A stretch of 58,860 nt of DNA, filler included, from Sphacelaria rigidula (Eukaryota), in assembly GCA_964200075.2 (NCBI GenBank). It is 3 parts of 3 records of this genome, joined end to end, with 100 filler letters (N's around TTAATTAATTAA, not from the genome) between each part and the next. Parts side by side here need not be neighbours in the genome. Positions count along the whole stretch, not along the records: positions 1 to 19,559 come from CAXNAA020000646.1; 2 more parts are not named here. One strand, 5' to 3'. Every line of letters begins with the position of its first letter. Positions within the stretch are counted from its first letter, which is position 1. The translations under genes and the position numbers were made by a program. Below the pieces are notes generated by a model, which had not been told where the DNA came from, made no database searches, and saw only the letters and a list, made by a program, of their open reading frames with translations. Positions 1-11,334 of the stretch are shown one piece after another.

Positions 1-181
1 TCTAGACGCACAAGAATATGGGTCAGGGCATACCCGTTTGCAGATTCATTAGGGATATCCCCAGCACATTGGAATAGTAATCCTGACGTACTCTCGCATA
101 TTTTCATCAGTCGTGTTTTGGATGAGATGAAGGACTCCTAACAATTCTCACCTCAGAAAATATTTGTGTACCCCTATACCG
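1..181. mobile_element. MITE copy A (~235-bp family with CGGTAGGGGTGCA-type TIRs and TA target site), cut by the window start
   Basis: Aligns by eye with 5425-5598 and 6293-6469; ends ...cccctataccg followed by TA. Confidence 0.75.
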
Positions 182-459
182 TAGCATCACTCAGAGGCAC
201 TCCCAGCAGCGGACATGTCCCACCAGCAGATGGGAAGGCGTTCGACCGGGGCTTCAAAGTTGGGGCGGTAAAAGCAGCGGGCGCCGTCTGCTGCGGTGGA
301 ACCCACTTTTTTCCTAACCCTTGAAAAAGACAACGGCTCTGCGCGCTGCGCACCAGCGCGGCGGAACCAAAAAAAAACGTTGTGAAAAAATAATTCTGTA
401 GGCTCGACTTATTAGAGCATATTTTGTCCAAACCTTGTTTTTTTACCGGTCCAAGGGAG

Positions 460-913
460 TATCACCTAACCGACGGAACGAAAAAACGGAATCCGTCGGG
501 ATTCGAACCCGTGACCTCATTAAGTGGAGTCAACTGCGTCAAATCCAAGTGATTCACTTGAATTAAAGGAGCGCAGCCAGCCGTGCCACACGAAAAGTTG
601 GATGCTGCGCCAAATTTGGGGAATTTTTGGCCGAATTTGCACCATGATCCCCTTCACACAAGGACGCACAACTGCACTGGAAATGCTCCCGTTTTTATTT
701 TTATTTTCACGGAGTTATCGCATTTTTCTAGTTTTCGCAGAATCTTCAAATCGCTCTGATTTTCTGTCTTGTTTTTTCCCCCCATGGCATCCCCGAGAAG
801 GTTGTGAGTTGTGACGATTAAACTTTTATGTCAGATTTCAGCGCCCAACGCTTCGGATTACCCACCGCTCGGCCCGGATACATTCGCAAATTACTGTCAG
901 CTGGCCTAGGTCG
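460..913. repeat. Dispersed repeat (probable non-autonomous TIR element) carrying a tRNA-like T-arm/B-box
   Basis: Homologous to ~31270-31713 (shared gtcgggattcga, cacacgaaaagt, ttcacggagtt, tgtcagattt blocks). The right end resembles the cccagctcgTA terminus at ~31703-31713. The left boundary is uncertain. Confidence 0.6.
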
Positions 914-1011
914 TCTAATAGACTCTAGTCGAAAATCAAGTGGGAGCGGTACGGGTGCACTTTTCGCGCAAAATCTTGCCTGGTTCAGGGGCTCCTCACG
1001 ATTCTAGATGC

Positions 1012-1271
1012 TGTGACGCCAGCCAGAAGAAGGGCTGGTGGATCACTGCTGTTGAGGGACTCCACAGTCTTTCTGGCCTCAGTTTCAGTTGCCAGCCTTT
1101 ACAATATTCTTATTATTCAGGAGTGACCTTCACAGGCACCAGCTTTTCTAGACCCGCAGGTACCATCTCCGTGTCCCCGGTCATTATCCAGAACCCTCCA
1201 GAATCCCCGTGCCCCCAGTCATTATCCATATCGTCACTACCAACTCAACGTAACGGCGTATTTTCGTCACA
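1012..1271 (-). repeat. 3' LTR of the Gypsy element
   Basis: Direct repeat of 5165-5424; TGTGACG/CGTCACA inverted termini. Confidence 0.95.
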
Positions 1272-1345
1272 GCACCCCCAAAGCGCGTTGGACGAAAATC
1301 AATCAACAAGCTTGACACATAGAAAACGCCAAAACGATGAGTAAG

Positions 1346-2700
1346 TCACAATTGAATACCAAACTCACTCGAAATGCGAGCAGCAACGGCGCGAGTCACG
1401 CACAATTTACGCAACTCCTTCGTAAGAATTTCCGGAGCGGCCTCGAACATATTTTTGAGAGGCTCCCACGTAGGCTCCTCAGCTTTGAAACCAACCCAGT
1501 CGACCAACATGATCAACGAACGATCGTCTGTTTCTTCCACTCGGACAATACCAGCCATATGAAATTGCCCCTGATTGGAAGCATGCTGGAACACGTCCTT
1601 AACGCCAGCCGTTACATTAAGCTGCGAGTCTGCATAAAATCGCAAACGAGCTACATGCGCGGTCTGAACACGACCCGAAACAATGTTCTGAATCTCAAAC
1701 ACGTGCGGGTGGTGAGCACCAACCACCCTCCATGGGCCAGTCCACGTCGCCATCAGCTTGGGCGTAACACCCGGACGCGACGCACGCGTGCATACAAGAC
1801 ATAGTCGTCTGCCTCAAAATTCGGCAGTTCCTTCCCCAACGAGGACCCCTCGCATCTACGCGCACGTTTAGCTGCAACACGTTTCTGCACTTCAACGTAG
1901 AAACGTTTTTAAGAATGCTAGACTCCCTACAGTGCACGCTTAAATCGTCCAAGACATCACATTTCCATTCCCCCGCCGACAAAGACGCCAGCACCGAGAA
2001 AGACGTCCGAGGAGCACGATCAAACATCACGTGGTACGGCGTACGATCGTACCGACGACGATACGTTGTATTGAGAGCCCATAACATCGCCGCCCATCCA
2101 CACGGAAACCACTCTACGCTGCTCGAGAAGAATAGAGCGAAGAGCACGAACTACTTCCTTAACCATGCGTTCGCACGTACCGTTAGACCACGGAGAATAC
2201 GCCACCGCAAACTGATGATCAACGTGCAAAGCCTCTCGCAATCGGGCCAAGATCGCATTTTTGAAAGGCGTGGCGGTATCACTCATCCACACACGCGGCA
2301 CCCCCAAAGTTTTGCACTTTTAGTAAAGATGCAGCAGCCGATTCAGCAGTACACACTGCTACTGTTTCCAGAGACACGTTGCTCACATCATCTATGATTA
2401 CCAAAATGTATCGAAATCCAGCATCCTCCGACAAACCTTGGGAAGCTAGCGGGCCACTCTCGCCCGCGTACAATAAGTTAAAATGAACGACTTTATTCGG
2501 CATGGCCTCATGGACCGTTTCGCCCAGCGGGCGGGAAACAACATCTCCTGCCCTCGAGTCAGCACAGTAAAGACACTGGAGGAAAAATTCGCGCACATGA
2601 GTTTCTATCCCCTGCCAGACACAAAACTCTTACAAGCGCACGAGCGTCGCAGCCACACCACAATGCCCGGCGTCGTGCATGTGCGCACAAATCATCAGGC
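1346..2700 (-). pseudogene. Gypsy integrase with GPY/F module and chromodomain (frameshifted)
   Basis: HHCC (CAHMHDAGHCGV...CLYC), core (WMSDTATPF, SPWSNGTCERM), WTGPWRVV, chromodomain LVDWVGFKAEEPTWEPLKNM, spread over ORFs 2279-2596, 2020-2307 and 1346-1753. Confidence 0.92.
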
Positions 2701-2731
2701 GTACCTGCAACTGCTTGTCAGAGCTTGGAAT

Positions 2732-4069
2732 CTACAAAACGTTACGGCCACGCACATGCACACGAAACAGACCTTCGTTGTCCAAGATAACAGTACCAAC
2801 GTCCGACCCGAAAGATTGCACGTCCGCATGTTCGGCCCCAAGGTGTTTTCGTTGGGCTTGGCGGACAATAGATTTGGACGGCATCGAGTCATCAGGTTCA
2901 CACGGACCATGCATAGCCACAGCGCGCATAGGCATTTGAATTTCAACTGTAGGCACCTGCATGGCCAAACTACCTCAATGGCACTCAGATGCATCCGGAA
3001 ACATAAACACCTGACAACCAGGACGAGGATGGAACAGCGACACGGCATGAGCCACCAGCTCCTTCGCTGCCGCCCACGCCTGCAGCCTGCCCTGCGTCCA
3101 CGATGCAGCCTTTTTCGGAAACGCCATATCTGGACTGGACCACCTCGCCTACAAATTCCGTAACACCAACCCGAGCGCCAAAAGAGCCGCCATGCACAAC
3201 GCCAACCAACTCGACTTCACTGGATCGTACCGCCGCGGCTTCGTCTTCGTCGCGGTCGCCGCAGGTTTTAGCTGGACACGCATGGGCTCTACGCGCGCAG
3301 GGGGATCACCCCGCAGCGAACGACGAAACGCGTTGACGCGGCAATGCAATATGTCGCGCAGGCGCTCCGCTTTTGAGACGCTGAGGCCTGTCGTCCCAGC
3401 ATCCGTCACGCTCTCCTCCAGCGCGACTTTCCGAGAAGACTCCTCTTCCGCCGGAATCATGAACATCTCCGGGCCGCGCTCTACCGAGCGTTCCACCGCC
3501 GCATCCCGCTCCTCGGTCACCTGCTCTCCAGTCTCCCGAAAAGCATTCACCGACAAACTCACGCGACGAAAGCCAAAAAAGACGGGCGTCTCCAAGTGTG
3601 GACCAGGCGGAGACATCCGCGTCTTTATGGAGTCCCACAACCGCCGAGCGTTGACTCCAAGATCCTGAAGCGTCGACAACGCCAGCAGAATGACGCCATT
3701 CGACCCAGGCATGATCGCAAACAAGATCGGAGGTAACTGCGCCGCTCTCCAGGAAGTCGTGAAAGTCAGCTGCAGCGGAACAGCACCCTTTGTGACGTAA
3801 GCATGCTAACCCGACGCGGTGACGGCATGCCGCGCCCCGAGCGAAAACGGCTTGCGCAGCGGCACACCCGGGAGAAGACGCTCCAACATCTCTACAATCT
3901 GTATCGATAGACTCACATGACCCGTCAAGTGGGCGCCAGAATCCCACTTAGCCCGAACCGCAATGGCTCCACGCTCCCGTTGATTGGGGAGACACAGCTC
4001 CGCAGGAATGTATTTATGTGCAGACTCCACTGGCACTTTATTCGCCGACCGATGCGCCGCTAATCCCAC
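2732..4069 (-). pseudogene. Gypsy protease, RT N-terminus and RNase H stub; RT core and most of RNase H absent
   Basis: Protease-like WDSGA (~3940); RT lead-in LRGDPPARVEPMRVQLKP...RRY...WSSPDMAFPKK; RNase H start FMFPDAS (~2990); no YxDD or LPFG-type motif found. Confidence 0.85.
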
Positions 4070-4075
4070 TTGACG

Positions 4076-4720
4076 CTACGGCTGCGCAAGCTGCGCAGAC
4101 GAAGACGCCCCGGCAGGTTCAAACGCCACCACTGGCGGGTATGAACCCCAGCCAGTAGACCGAGAATTTGGCGAACCTCCGACCAGCGCATCAGCAGGCG
4201 ACGTGCCTGGCGCTGCTGCCGTTGTCGCCACCGGTGCCACCATCGGCGCCGGTGCAGTGTTCGACACTATAGAAGTCGGTCCCACCTGCACCGCCCGTTG
4301 TGGAGCAGCAGCACCTACAGCGGCGACGGACCCAGAACCAGACCCATGCTGACGCCGCTGCCCCTGCTGCTGCTGCTGCTGACCTCGAATGCGACCCTCC
4401 ACCGCCGGAGGATCCGCCGCCGCCACCCCGATTACCTCGTATTTTGCCTTGTGCTGACGATGCTGATGGCGCGCGGCATGACACTGCCCAGACTCTCCAC
4501 CGGAAGGCGTTGGACAATAGCGCGCGTAATGGCCGACCTGGCCACAACAGCGGCAAATGCCCGCCGCATGCTTTTTGATCGCCGCAACAAATTGCGACGG
4601 GATGGTTGTGCTCTTTTTATGCTCCAAATGAGCAAACACCCTCTGCACATGAGTTGGCACTTGTTGAGCCATTGGCACCAGCTGATGCCGCACAGGACCC
4701 CCTGCGTTAGCGTGCTTCAC
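4076..4720 (-). pseudogene. Gypsy gag C-terminal part with CCHC zinc knuckle
   Basis: CRCCGQVGHYARYC fits CX2CX4HX4C; lies inside the LTR pair; the upstream gag portion is disrupted. Confidence 0.8.
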
Positions 4721-5164
4721 ACGCTTCTTGTACTCAAAGTACTTCTTGTAAAAAGTGCGAGATGCACTCTCTGAGTATCTATCCCCGTATTAGGGAGGTC
4801 GAAACTCTTTCCGCATGACCACGGGCGTCACGCTAGACGTATTTTGCGAACCGGTCGCCATACGCGTAGCTGCAACCGGCCACCTGGGAACTTTTCGCAA
4901 GCCAGCGGACCTTCACGAATTGCACACTTCCTTGCTTCGTCGCCGCACCACACAGTTGGAGGAGCCTCCAAACCCCCGCTGCACACAGCGTCAGCAAGTC
5001 TCCAGTCTGGATCAATCACAGACCAGCCGCCTTTCTGCAGCTGTCTCAGCTGGAATCCTCTCCAGGCGTCCGTGGTTTATCAGGTTTTTCACTGCTGCCA
5101 AAATTTTCCGCCGAAATCCTTTCCGGCAGGTTTCTAGCACTAACACTAGCACTAACATCTATAT

Positions 5165-5424
5165 TGTGCCGCCAGCCAGAAGAAGGGCTGGTGGATCACT
5201 GCTGTTGAGGGACTCCACAGTCTTTCTGGCCTCAGTTTCAGTTGCTAGCCTTTACAACATTGTCATTATGCAGGAGTGACCTTCCTAGGCACCAGCTTTT
5301 CTAGACCCGCAGGTACCATCTCCGTGTCCCCGGTCATTATCCAGAACCCTCCAGAATCCCCGTGCCCCCAGTCATTATCCATATCGTCACTACCAACTCA
5401 ACGTAACGGCGTATTTTCGTCACA
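5165..5424 (-). repeat. 5' LTR of the Gypsy element
   Basis: Direct repeat of 1012-1271. Confidence 0.95.
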
Positions 5425-5736
5425 ATGCGCACGAATATGGATCAGGGCATTCCCGTTTGGGAATTTTTTCGGGATACCCCTAGCACATTGGAATAATAGT
5501 AATTCCGGCGTACTCTCACATTTTTTATATGTCGTGTTTTGGATGAGATAAAGGGCTCCTGACAATGTCAACCTCTGAAAATACTGGTGGTCCTACCGTA
5601 GCTTCACTCGTGGCTTGGTTCACTTGTACTCAGCTCAAGCAACTTACCTCAGCAAGTCTAACATCAAGTGGCTTGGTTCATGATATACAGTTCAAGTAGC
5701 TTACCTCAGCTAGTCTTGAACGAATAACGGTGTTTG

Positions 5737-6200
5737 TGTGCACTTGTGAGGTGTTTTGCGTGGCCGTGGCGCGCTTCCTCGCAGTACACCGTGTTCATTG
5801 GGGCAAGACAGTTGTCACGAGAGACATTGATGGGTCAAGCAGACGACAAACCCTCGTAGGGCGCTGCGTCGCCGCGTGCTTTGGTCATTTATTCGGATAG
5901 AAACCCGCTTGTGTACAGCTCTATCTAAACCTTCCCCCTCTGCACCTCAGCCCTGAGCCCAAACTATAGAGCTTACAATATAGAATCACGGAGCCGTTCT
6001 GGCTCGGCTGGATCACACCAACCACAGCATTGATTCCCGATCTGTTCCTGTAGGCACCTCGTACTGAACCGTACTGGCTCCGGTTGCTGGGGCGTTCCTG
6101 CCGATGCCTTGTTGTGAGCCGTACTGGCTCCTACCAGGCTGGTTGATTGCACGCTCGAGAATCTACGTTTGAGACCTATGTCCAATACATCGTCTGCACA
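5737..6200 (-). repeat. 3' LTR of the Copia element
   Basis: Direct repeat of 10014-10475. Confidence 0.92.
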
Positions 6201-6235
6201 CTCCCCATGACCGCAATGCGGTAACACCACCACTA

Positions 6236-6469
6236 CGATAAGGGTGCACTTTTTGCCCAAAATCTTGGCTGGTTCGGGGGCTCCTTACGATTCCAGATGC
6301 ACAAGAATACGGTTCGGGACGTCCCGGTTTGCAAATTCATTCGGGATATCCCTAGAACATTAAAAAAATCATCTTGGCGTATTCTCACATATTTCATAAG
6401 TTGCGTTTCGGATGAGATAACGGGCTCCTAACAATTCTCACCTCAGACAATATTTTTGCACCCCTACCG
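6236..6469. mobile_element. MITE copy C, intact, inserted in the Copia 3' region
   Basis: TA|cgataagggtgca ... tgcacccctaccg|TA; 234 bp; internal match to copies A and B. Confidence 0.85.
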
Positions 6470-6740
6470 TAGCATCAGATCACAGAGCTGAGACGATCAC
6501 ACTCGACGTGTTAGATACGAGATAAATAAATGTTTTCATTGAATGCCATTGAAGCCACATGGTGGATCTGGACCCTCCGCACTCGTCCCGACTTCAGCCG
6601 CCCTCTCCGTTTTGGCATCCGTCGTCGAGAACGGTGACTTGACCGCTCTTTGGCTTTGTGCGAGGCTTCCTCTTGCTTGGCACGCATCCCGCACGCTTGG
6701 ATGGACCCTCCACCGCCTTTGTAGTTTCCTTTGCCGCGGG

Positions 6741-9708
6741 CTATTCCTTCGCTTCTTGGTCAAGGGTAGAACCGTCACCGCTCGGTACTAATTTAGTCTC
6801 GAGCTTCGCCCCTTCGTTGTCGCCCAGCGTCTCCGGCGGTTCGGTTATTCGGCCGTGTTCACGGTCGTCTCCGCTGCGATCCTTTAGTCCTACCTGCTGC
6901 TCCTTTCTTGCCCGCGGTGCCTCCGTCTTTGGACCTTCAAAGCGCTCGTCTGCGCTTGGAGTCGTATGAATTACAGGCACCGCCGGTGGCACTCTTGGTC
7001 CCAACGGTTCACCGGCCTCTCGGCTCTGATGCTCGTTGTCCTTCCGTTGGATTTCCTCCTCCATGGCCACTTTCCATGTTTCGTCATTGGGTCCTGTCAG
7101 GGCTTCTTTCGCTGTCGACGGATCCTGTGATCCAGTGGCACTTCCCCCCCCCCCGAGCATGTAGAATGTGCCTTTGTCCTGATCTTGTTGAAGGGCGCCG
7201 AGAAAATTTCCGTCATCGGAACTGCTGTCGTCAGAACTTCTCAGGCGTCGCTGTGTATTGTCCCTCTAGTGACGTTGCGCCAGTCGACTGGACCTGCGCA
7301 GTCCACTCTACGGAGAATAGCGCTTCGACGGTGTCGGATCTTGTGGTGACTGTTCACCCGGGCCATCATCGCCGTCGATTTGTATTGCTTTCTCTTCTTC
7401 AGATGGCTCGTCCTCATCGTCACTGAGCTTGACAGTCTTCAGCTCCCCTACGATGCCTAAGCTCTTGGCCTTCGATCCAAACGTGAAATGTGAAAACTTC
7501 AAGAGCTTGGATTCCTGTATTAGCCATACATACCAGAAGAGCAAGTGCCGATTGTGCTCCACCAAATTGCCCCGCTTCACACATATAGGTGGAACTTTGC
7601 GCCGGCGCCGCGGTACTGCTTGTGCTGGTGCACGAAACACTCGGATCCCCAAGTACGAAGTCGATCCTAGTTGAAAGGCTTCCGTGCCAGCCTCTCACAT
7701 GGGGTCTCGCCCCCGTGGTACTCGTGGGGCATCCCTGTGGGCTTGAATGCGGCGTCCGCCACAGCGAAGAACCGGTACTCCTCTCCACGTCGCGCTTGAA
7801 ATAGTTGGCTGCGTACTAACCTCATCACTTAGTTGTGGAATTACACGTTCAACGATTCCATTACTTTGCGGTGTCCATGGCGATCAGCAGCGCCACTTGA
7901 TGCCGCAATTGACCAGCATGCGTCAAGATTTGACCGGCCGTCCAAGTTCCTCACCGCAGTCTCCGCTGATGCATTTGATGACCACTCCCTTACGGACCAT
8001 TTCGTCGACATAGGCTCCCGAGGCGTTAGTGGCAGCATCTCGTGTCTTGAGTCCACCAACGTGCTTGTCTTGACCGGCCTCGTCCACGACAGCCTGAAGT
8101 AATTTCATGCCCGTGACATCAGCGTGGAATGGCCCTTCAAGGTCAGTGTGCACAATTTCACCTGATGCTTTGGGACTCCTGTCGCCGCGGTCGTAGCTGA
8201 GCGCCTCCGACTTGCATTCCTTGCAACGGCGCCGCGCATCTCTGACGCCACCGTGGTATCAGTGACATCGAGTAGCCCACGCTTCTCGGGGCGTTTTATG
8301 GCAGTCGGATCGATGTGTCCTAATGTGTCGTGTCACTGCTTCAATGTGAGGCGCCGCTTCTTGTTTGCGGACGAAGCGTGCGCCGACGCCGCATGTTTGC
8401 TATTCCCCTGCAGGAATGCCGACAGGGTGAGGAACCATTTCTTATCAGCTAGGGGGATCTTCGATCCATCCTTTCTGAACCAAAGGTAGCTCTTCTTCCT
8501 GCTGGGGTCCATAAACCCTCCTCCCCCACGCCGAATCGTCCCGGTACTCAGCAGTCGGTAGGTAGTCCAGGGACTCTAGTATGTCCTTCAGGGTGTGACC
8601 TTTGCCGAAGCATATTTACCACGAACGCTCACGCGCAATGAGATCTCTCCTATTGCCAGCGGCTGCAGTTGCCCCTTGTTCTCCAATGTACAGGTTCGAT
8701 TAACTGTACGCGTATATCTGATATCCTCTTTCCAGGGTGTCATGTGGGCATTCCCTCCCGAGTCGCAGAGAATCGATACCTCTGCGTGACTGTTGGTCGA
8801 CGTGTACATGAAAACTGTTCGCTCATCTTCCACTACCACGTTCATCGTCATGAATACCTTCGGTCTGTTCCTCCTCCCATTACTTCTGCCGTTTTGTTGA
8901 GGAGGTGGGAACGTTCTTGCGGGGCTCATCCCTGGCGGCTCTCCCAGCTGGAGGTTTGACGTTAAGATAGGAGCGGCACTCCCGCCACCCATGATTTCGA
9001 CTTAAACTGTACATGCACTGATTGATATCGAGCCGCGAGTCGGCTGTCGTTCTCGACTGAAACGCTACTGCCTCGTGCGGCGTGCCATGCCGGATAAAAG
9101 GCATACTTCTGGTGTTGCTGCGACTGCCTGTTTTAGCGCATCTTATGCCATACCTAGCTGGGCTGTTCGCTATATGGATACTTGTGGAAGTGCCTCCTTG
9201 ATCCCGAGTAGACGGGCTGCCCCCATTTGGCTTCTCGGCTTTGGTGTTTCCAAGCGCTTCGAATTTCCCCCCAGATTGTGTCCAGCTTCACCATAAAAAT
9301 CTGCTGATTCTTCTGGGGAATTACATTGAAGACCACGAAGTCTTCGTTTCAATTTAAATAGTTACACCGGCTGCTCGTCCTTTGCACGTCCTCCGTAAAT
9401 CCATTCATCTCCAGCCAGGCTTTGCTGCCATCGGGGTTGCCGCCGTGCTCGCATCGTGCGACGTTGGCTACGGCTGGCCCTCTAGTAGCCTGTGTCAAAG
9501 GGAAACACAAGGACTGTTTGTTGCGTTGGTACGTTTCGTATGCCCTACGCTGCTCGAGTGTTATGGTCGCTGGTGGAATGGGCAGTGTGGTGTAATCCGA
9601 TCGAAACAGGTGGTGTAATCCCTTCCCCATTGCATACCCAGCGATGGAGAGTCTCCATGCATCCCATGCTTTTCGCGAGTGCCCACAAGCGCCCGTCCAG
9701 ACCGGCAA
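6741..9708 (-). pseudogene. Copia gag-pol relic (gag, zinc knuckle, protease, integrase, first residues of the RT region)
   Basis: Knuckle CMYSLSRNHGWREC; protease ILCDSGGNAHM; integrase HTDLEGPF and PQSNGIVER; pre-RT motif DPSTAKEAL...WKVAMEEEI; many stops and frameshifts. Confidence 0.9.
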
Positions 9709-10013
9709 CCTGCGAGGATCTGCCTCCCTATTACTTGAGGCTCAAAACCTGTGCACGGTTCGGACGAATCATCCCCGGTTCGAATCACCAAATCCACGAT
9801 TTTCAGGCCCGACTGCTCATCAAAGAGAAAAAATTTACAGGTGGTCAAAAAGGTCTCCACGCAATATTTACGCCATTCCACGTGCCTGGGCTGCGCGTAC
9901 CTGGGTTGCAATGCTGAAAACAAAGCCCAAGGATTGATTCGTACGGTACGAATCAATCACACTCAAATCGATCAATTTCCAGACGAACCATTAATTCGTC
10001 CGACTCATGGACC

Positions 10014-10475
10014 TGTGCACTTGTGAGGTGTTTTGCGTGGCCGTGGCGCGCTTCCTTGCAGTGCACCATTTACACCGAGGCAAGACAGTTGTCACGAGAG
10101 ACATTGATGGGTCAAGCAGACGACAAACCCGCGTAGGGCGCTGCGTCGCCATGTCTCTATTATTTATTCAGACAGAAACCCGCTTATGTACAGCTCTATC
10201 TGAACCTTCCCCCTCTGCACCTCAGCCCTAAGCCCAAACTATAGAGCTTACAATATAGAATCACGGAGCCGTCCTGGCTTGGCTGGATCACACCGACCAC
10301 AGCATTGATTCCCGAGCTGTTCCTGTAGGCACCTCGTACTGAACCGTACTGGCTCCGGTTGCTGGACCTGTCCTGCCGATGACTTGTTGTGAATCGTACT
10401 GGCTCCTACCAGGCTGGTTGATTGCACGCTCGAGAATCTACGTATGAGACCTATGTCCAACACATAACCTGCACT
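10014..10475 (-). repeat. 5' LTR of the Copia element
   Basis: Direct repeat of 5737-6200. Confidence 0.92.
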
Positions 10476-10760
10476 GTTCTCATATGCCCAGTTCAAGCAA
10501 CTTGTCTCCCCTACTCCTCTGAGATCAAGTACGATATAGTACGCCCATACCCTCCCTCCCTCACGGAACGCCGAAAATAAAAACAATGGTGTTAGGGTCC
10601 GGGGTAATCATTGGGAATCATTTAATGCGAATCGTCCACGGGAATGAGGATTGGGCGGTAAAACTGAGCCTATTTCATTTTTCGCGATTGAGGTGCTTGT
10701 CAACATAGGAAATAACGCGGAGCAAGAAAGTGAATAGAATTTTTCCTTCAACCAACGCTT

Positions 10761-10935
10761 CGGTAGGGGTTGCACTTTAGGTTTCTGGGTTTCTTTTTCG
10801 TGGGAGCCTAAATGTATGGAGCGCATCGTCTTCAGTCTTTTTCGAGTAAAAGTGGTGCCGATTCTCAAAATGACCCATCCAACACCCCGAGCAGCCCCGA
10901 GAAACGTTTTCTCCAAAAAGGTGCAATTCCTACCG
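10761..10935. mobile_element. MITE with CGGTAGGGG-type TIRs and a different interior
   Basis: cggtaggggttgcac ... gtgcaattcctaccg|TA. Confidence 0.7.
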
Positions 10936-11334
10936 TAGCATTGCTCCTCCGACAACGCCAAAGTGAGCCACAAGCTTCACCAAAAACGTCAGAGCACGGA
11001 GGACGGTGCAAGCCCCCCAGGAGAGACACTGCAAAAAAACACATTCCTGGCAAACCAGTGGTTCGTGGGCCCAGGAAGTTTTTAATCATTAATTGATTTT
11101 AGGCAGCTGCTGGTGTTTGCGACCACTCCCGGAAGGGTAACTACTCTCCCGAGAGTGTTGAAAAAGCAAACGGGCAGGCGAAGAGGGGCATACGCGGGAC
11201 CATCATGGTTTGACAGTCATCAAGGGGTACGCTGGAAACATAAAGCAAGCATGCACACCGCCTGACACAACACCACACCTACGCGGAGCGCTCTAGGGGT
11301 TGGGACCCAACAGTAGCTACACCGAAGTGTAGTG

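Larger units (their letters stand above)
1012..5424 (-). mobile_element. Ty3/Gypsy chromodomain LTR retrotransposon, internally deleted, non-autonomous
   Basis: Two 260-bp LTRs (1012-1271, 5165-5424) with TGTG(A/C)CG...CGTCACA termini and about 8 mismatches; 4-bp TSD ATGC (1008-1011, 5425-5428); G-rich tract next to the 3' LTR; domain order gag-PR-RT-RH-INT-chromo. Confidence 0.95.
947..5598. mobile_element. MITE copy B (947-1011 plus 5425-5598), split by the Gypsy insertion
   Basis: Removing 1012-5428 restores a sequence colinear with intact copy C (6236-6469): cggtacgggtgcac...cctaccg|TA. Confidence 0.8.
5737..10475 (-). mobile_element. Ty1/Copia LTR retrotransposon, decayed, lacking RT and RNase H
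   Basis: LTRs 5737-6200 and 10014-10475 (TGTGCA...TGCAC[A/T], roughly 90-93% identical by eye); purine-rich ATGGGGAG before the 3' LTR; order gag-PR-INT-(RT stub); TSD only partly kept (gtttg/gttct). Confidence 0.92.

Noticed and set aside
484..560. Functional tRNA gene
   Set aside because: Only the T-arm is convincing; the acceptor and D arms do not form.
1337..4774. Plus-strand ORFs of 150-226 aa as antisense genes
   Set aside because: They are shadow frames of GC-rich Gypsy coding sequence with no motifs.
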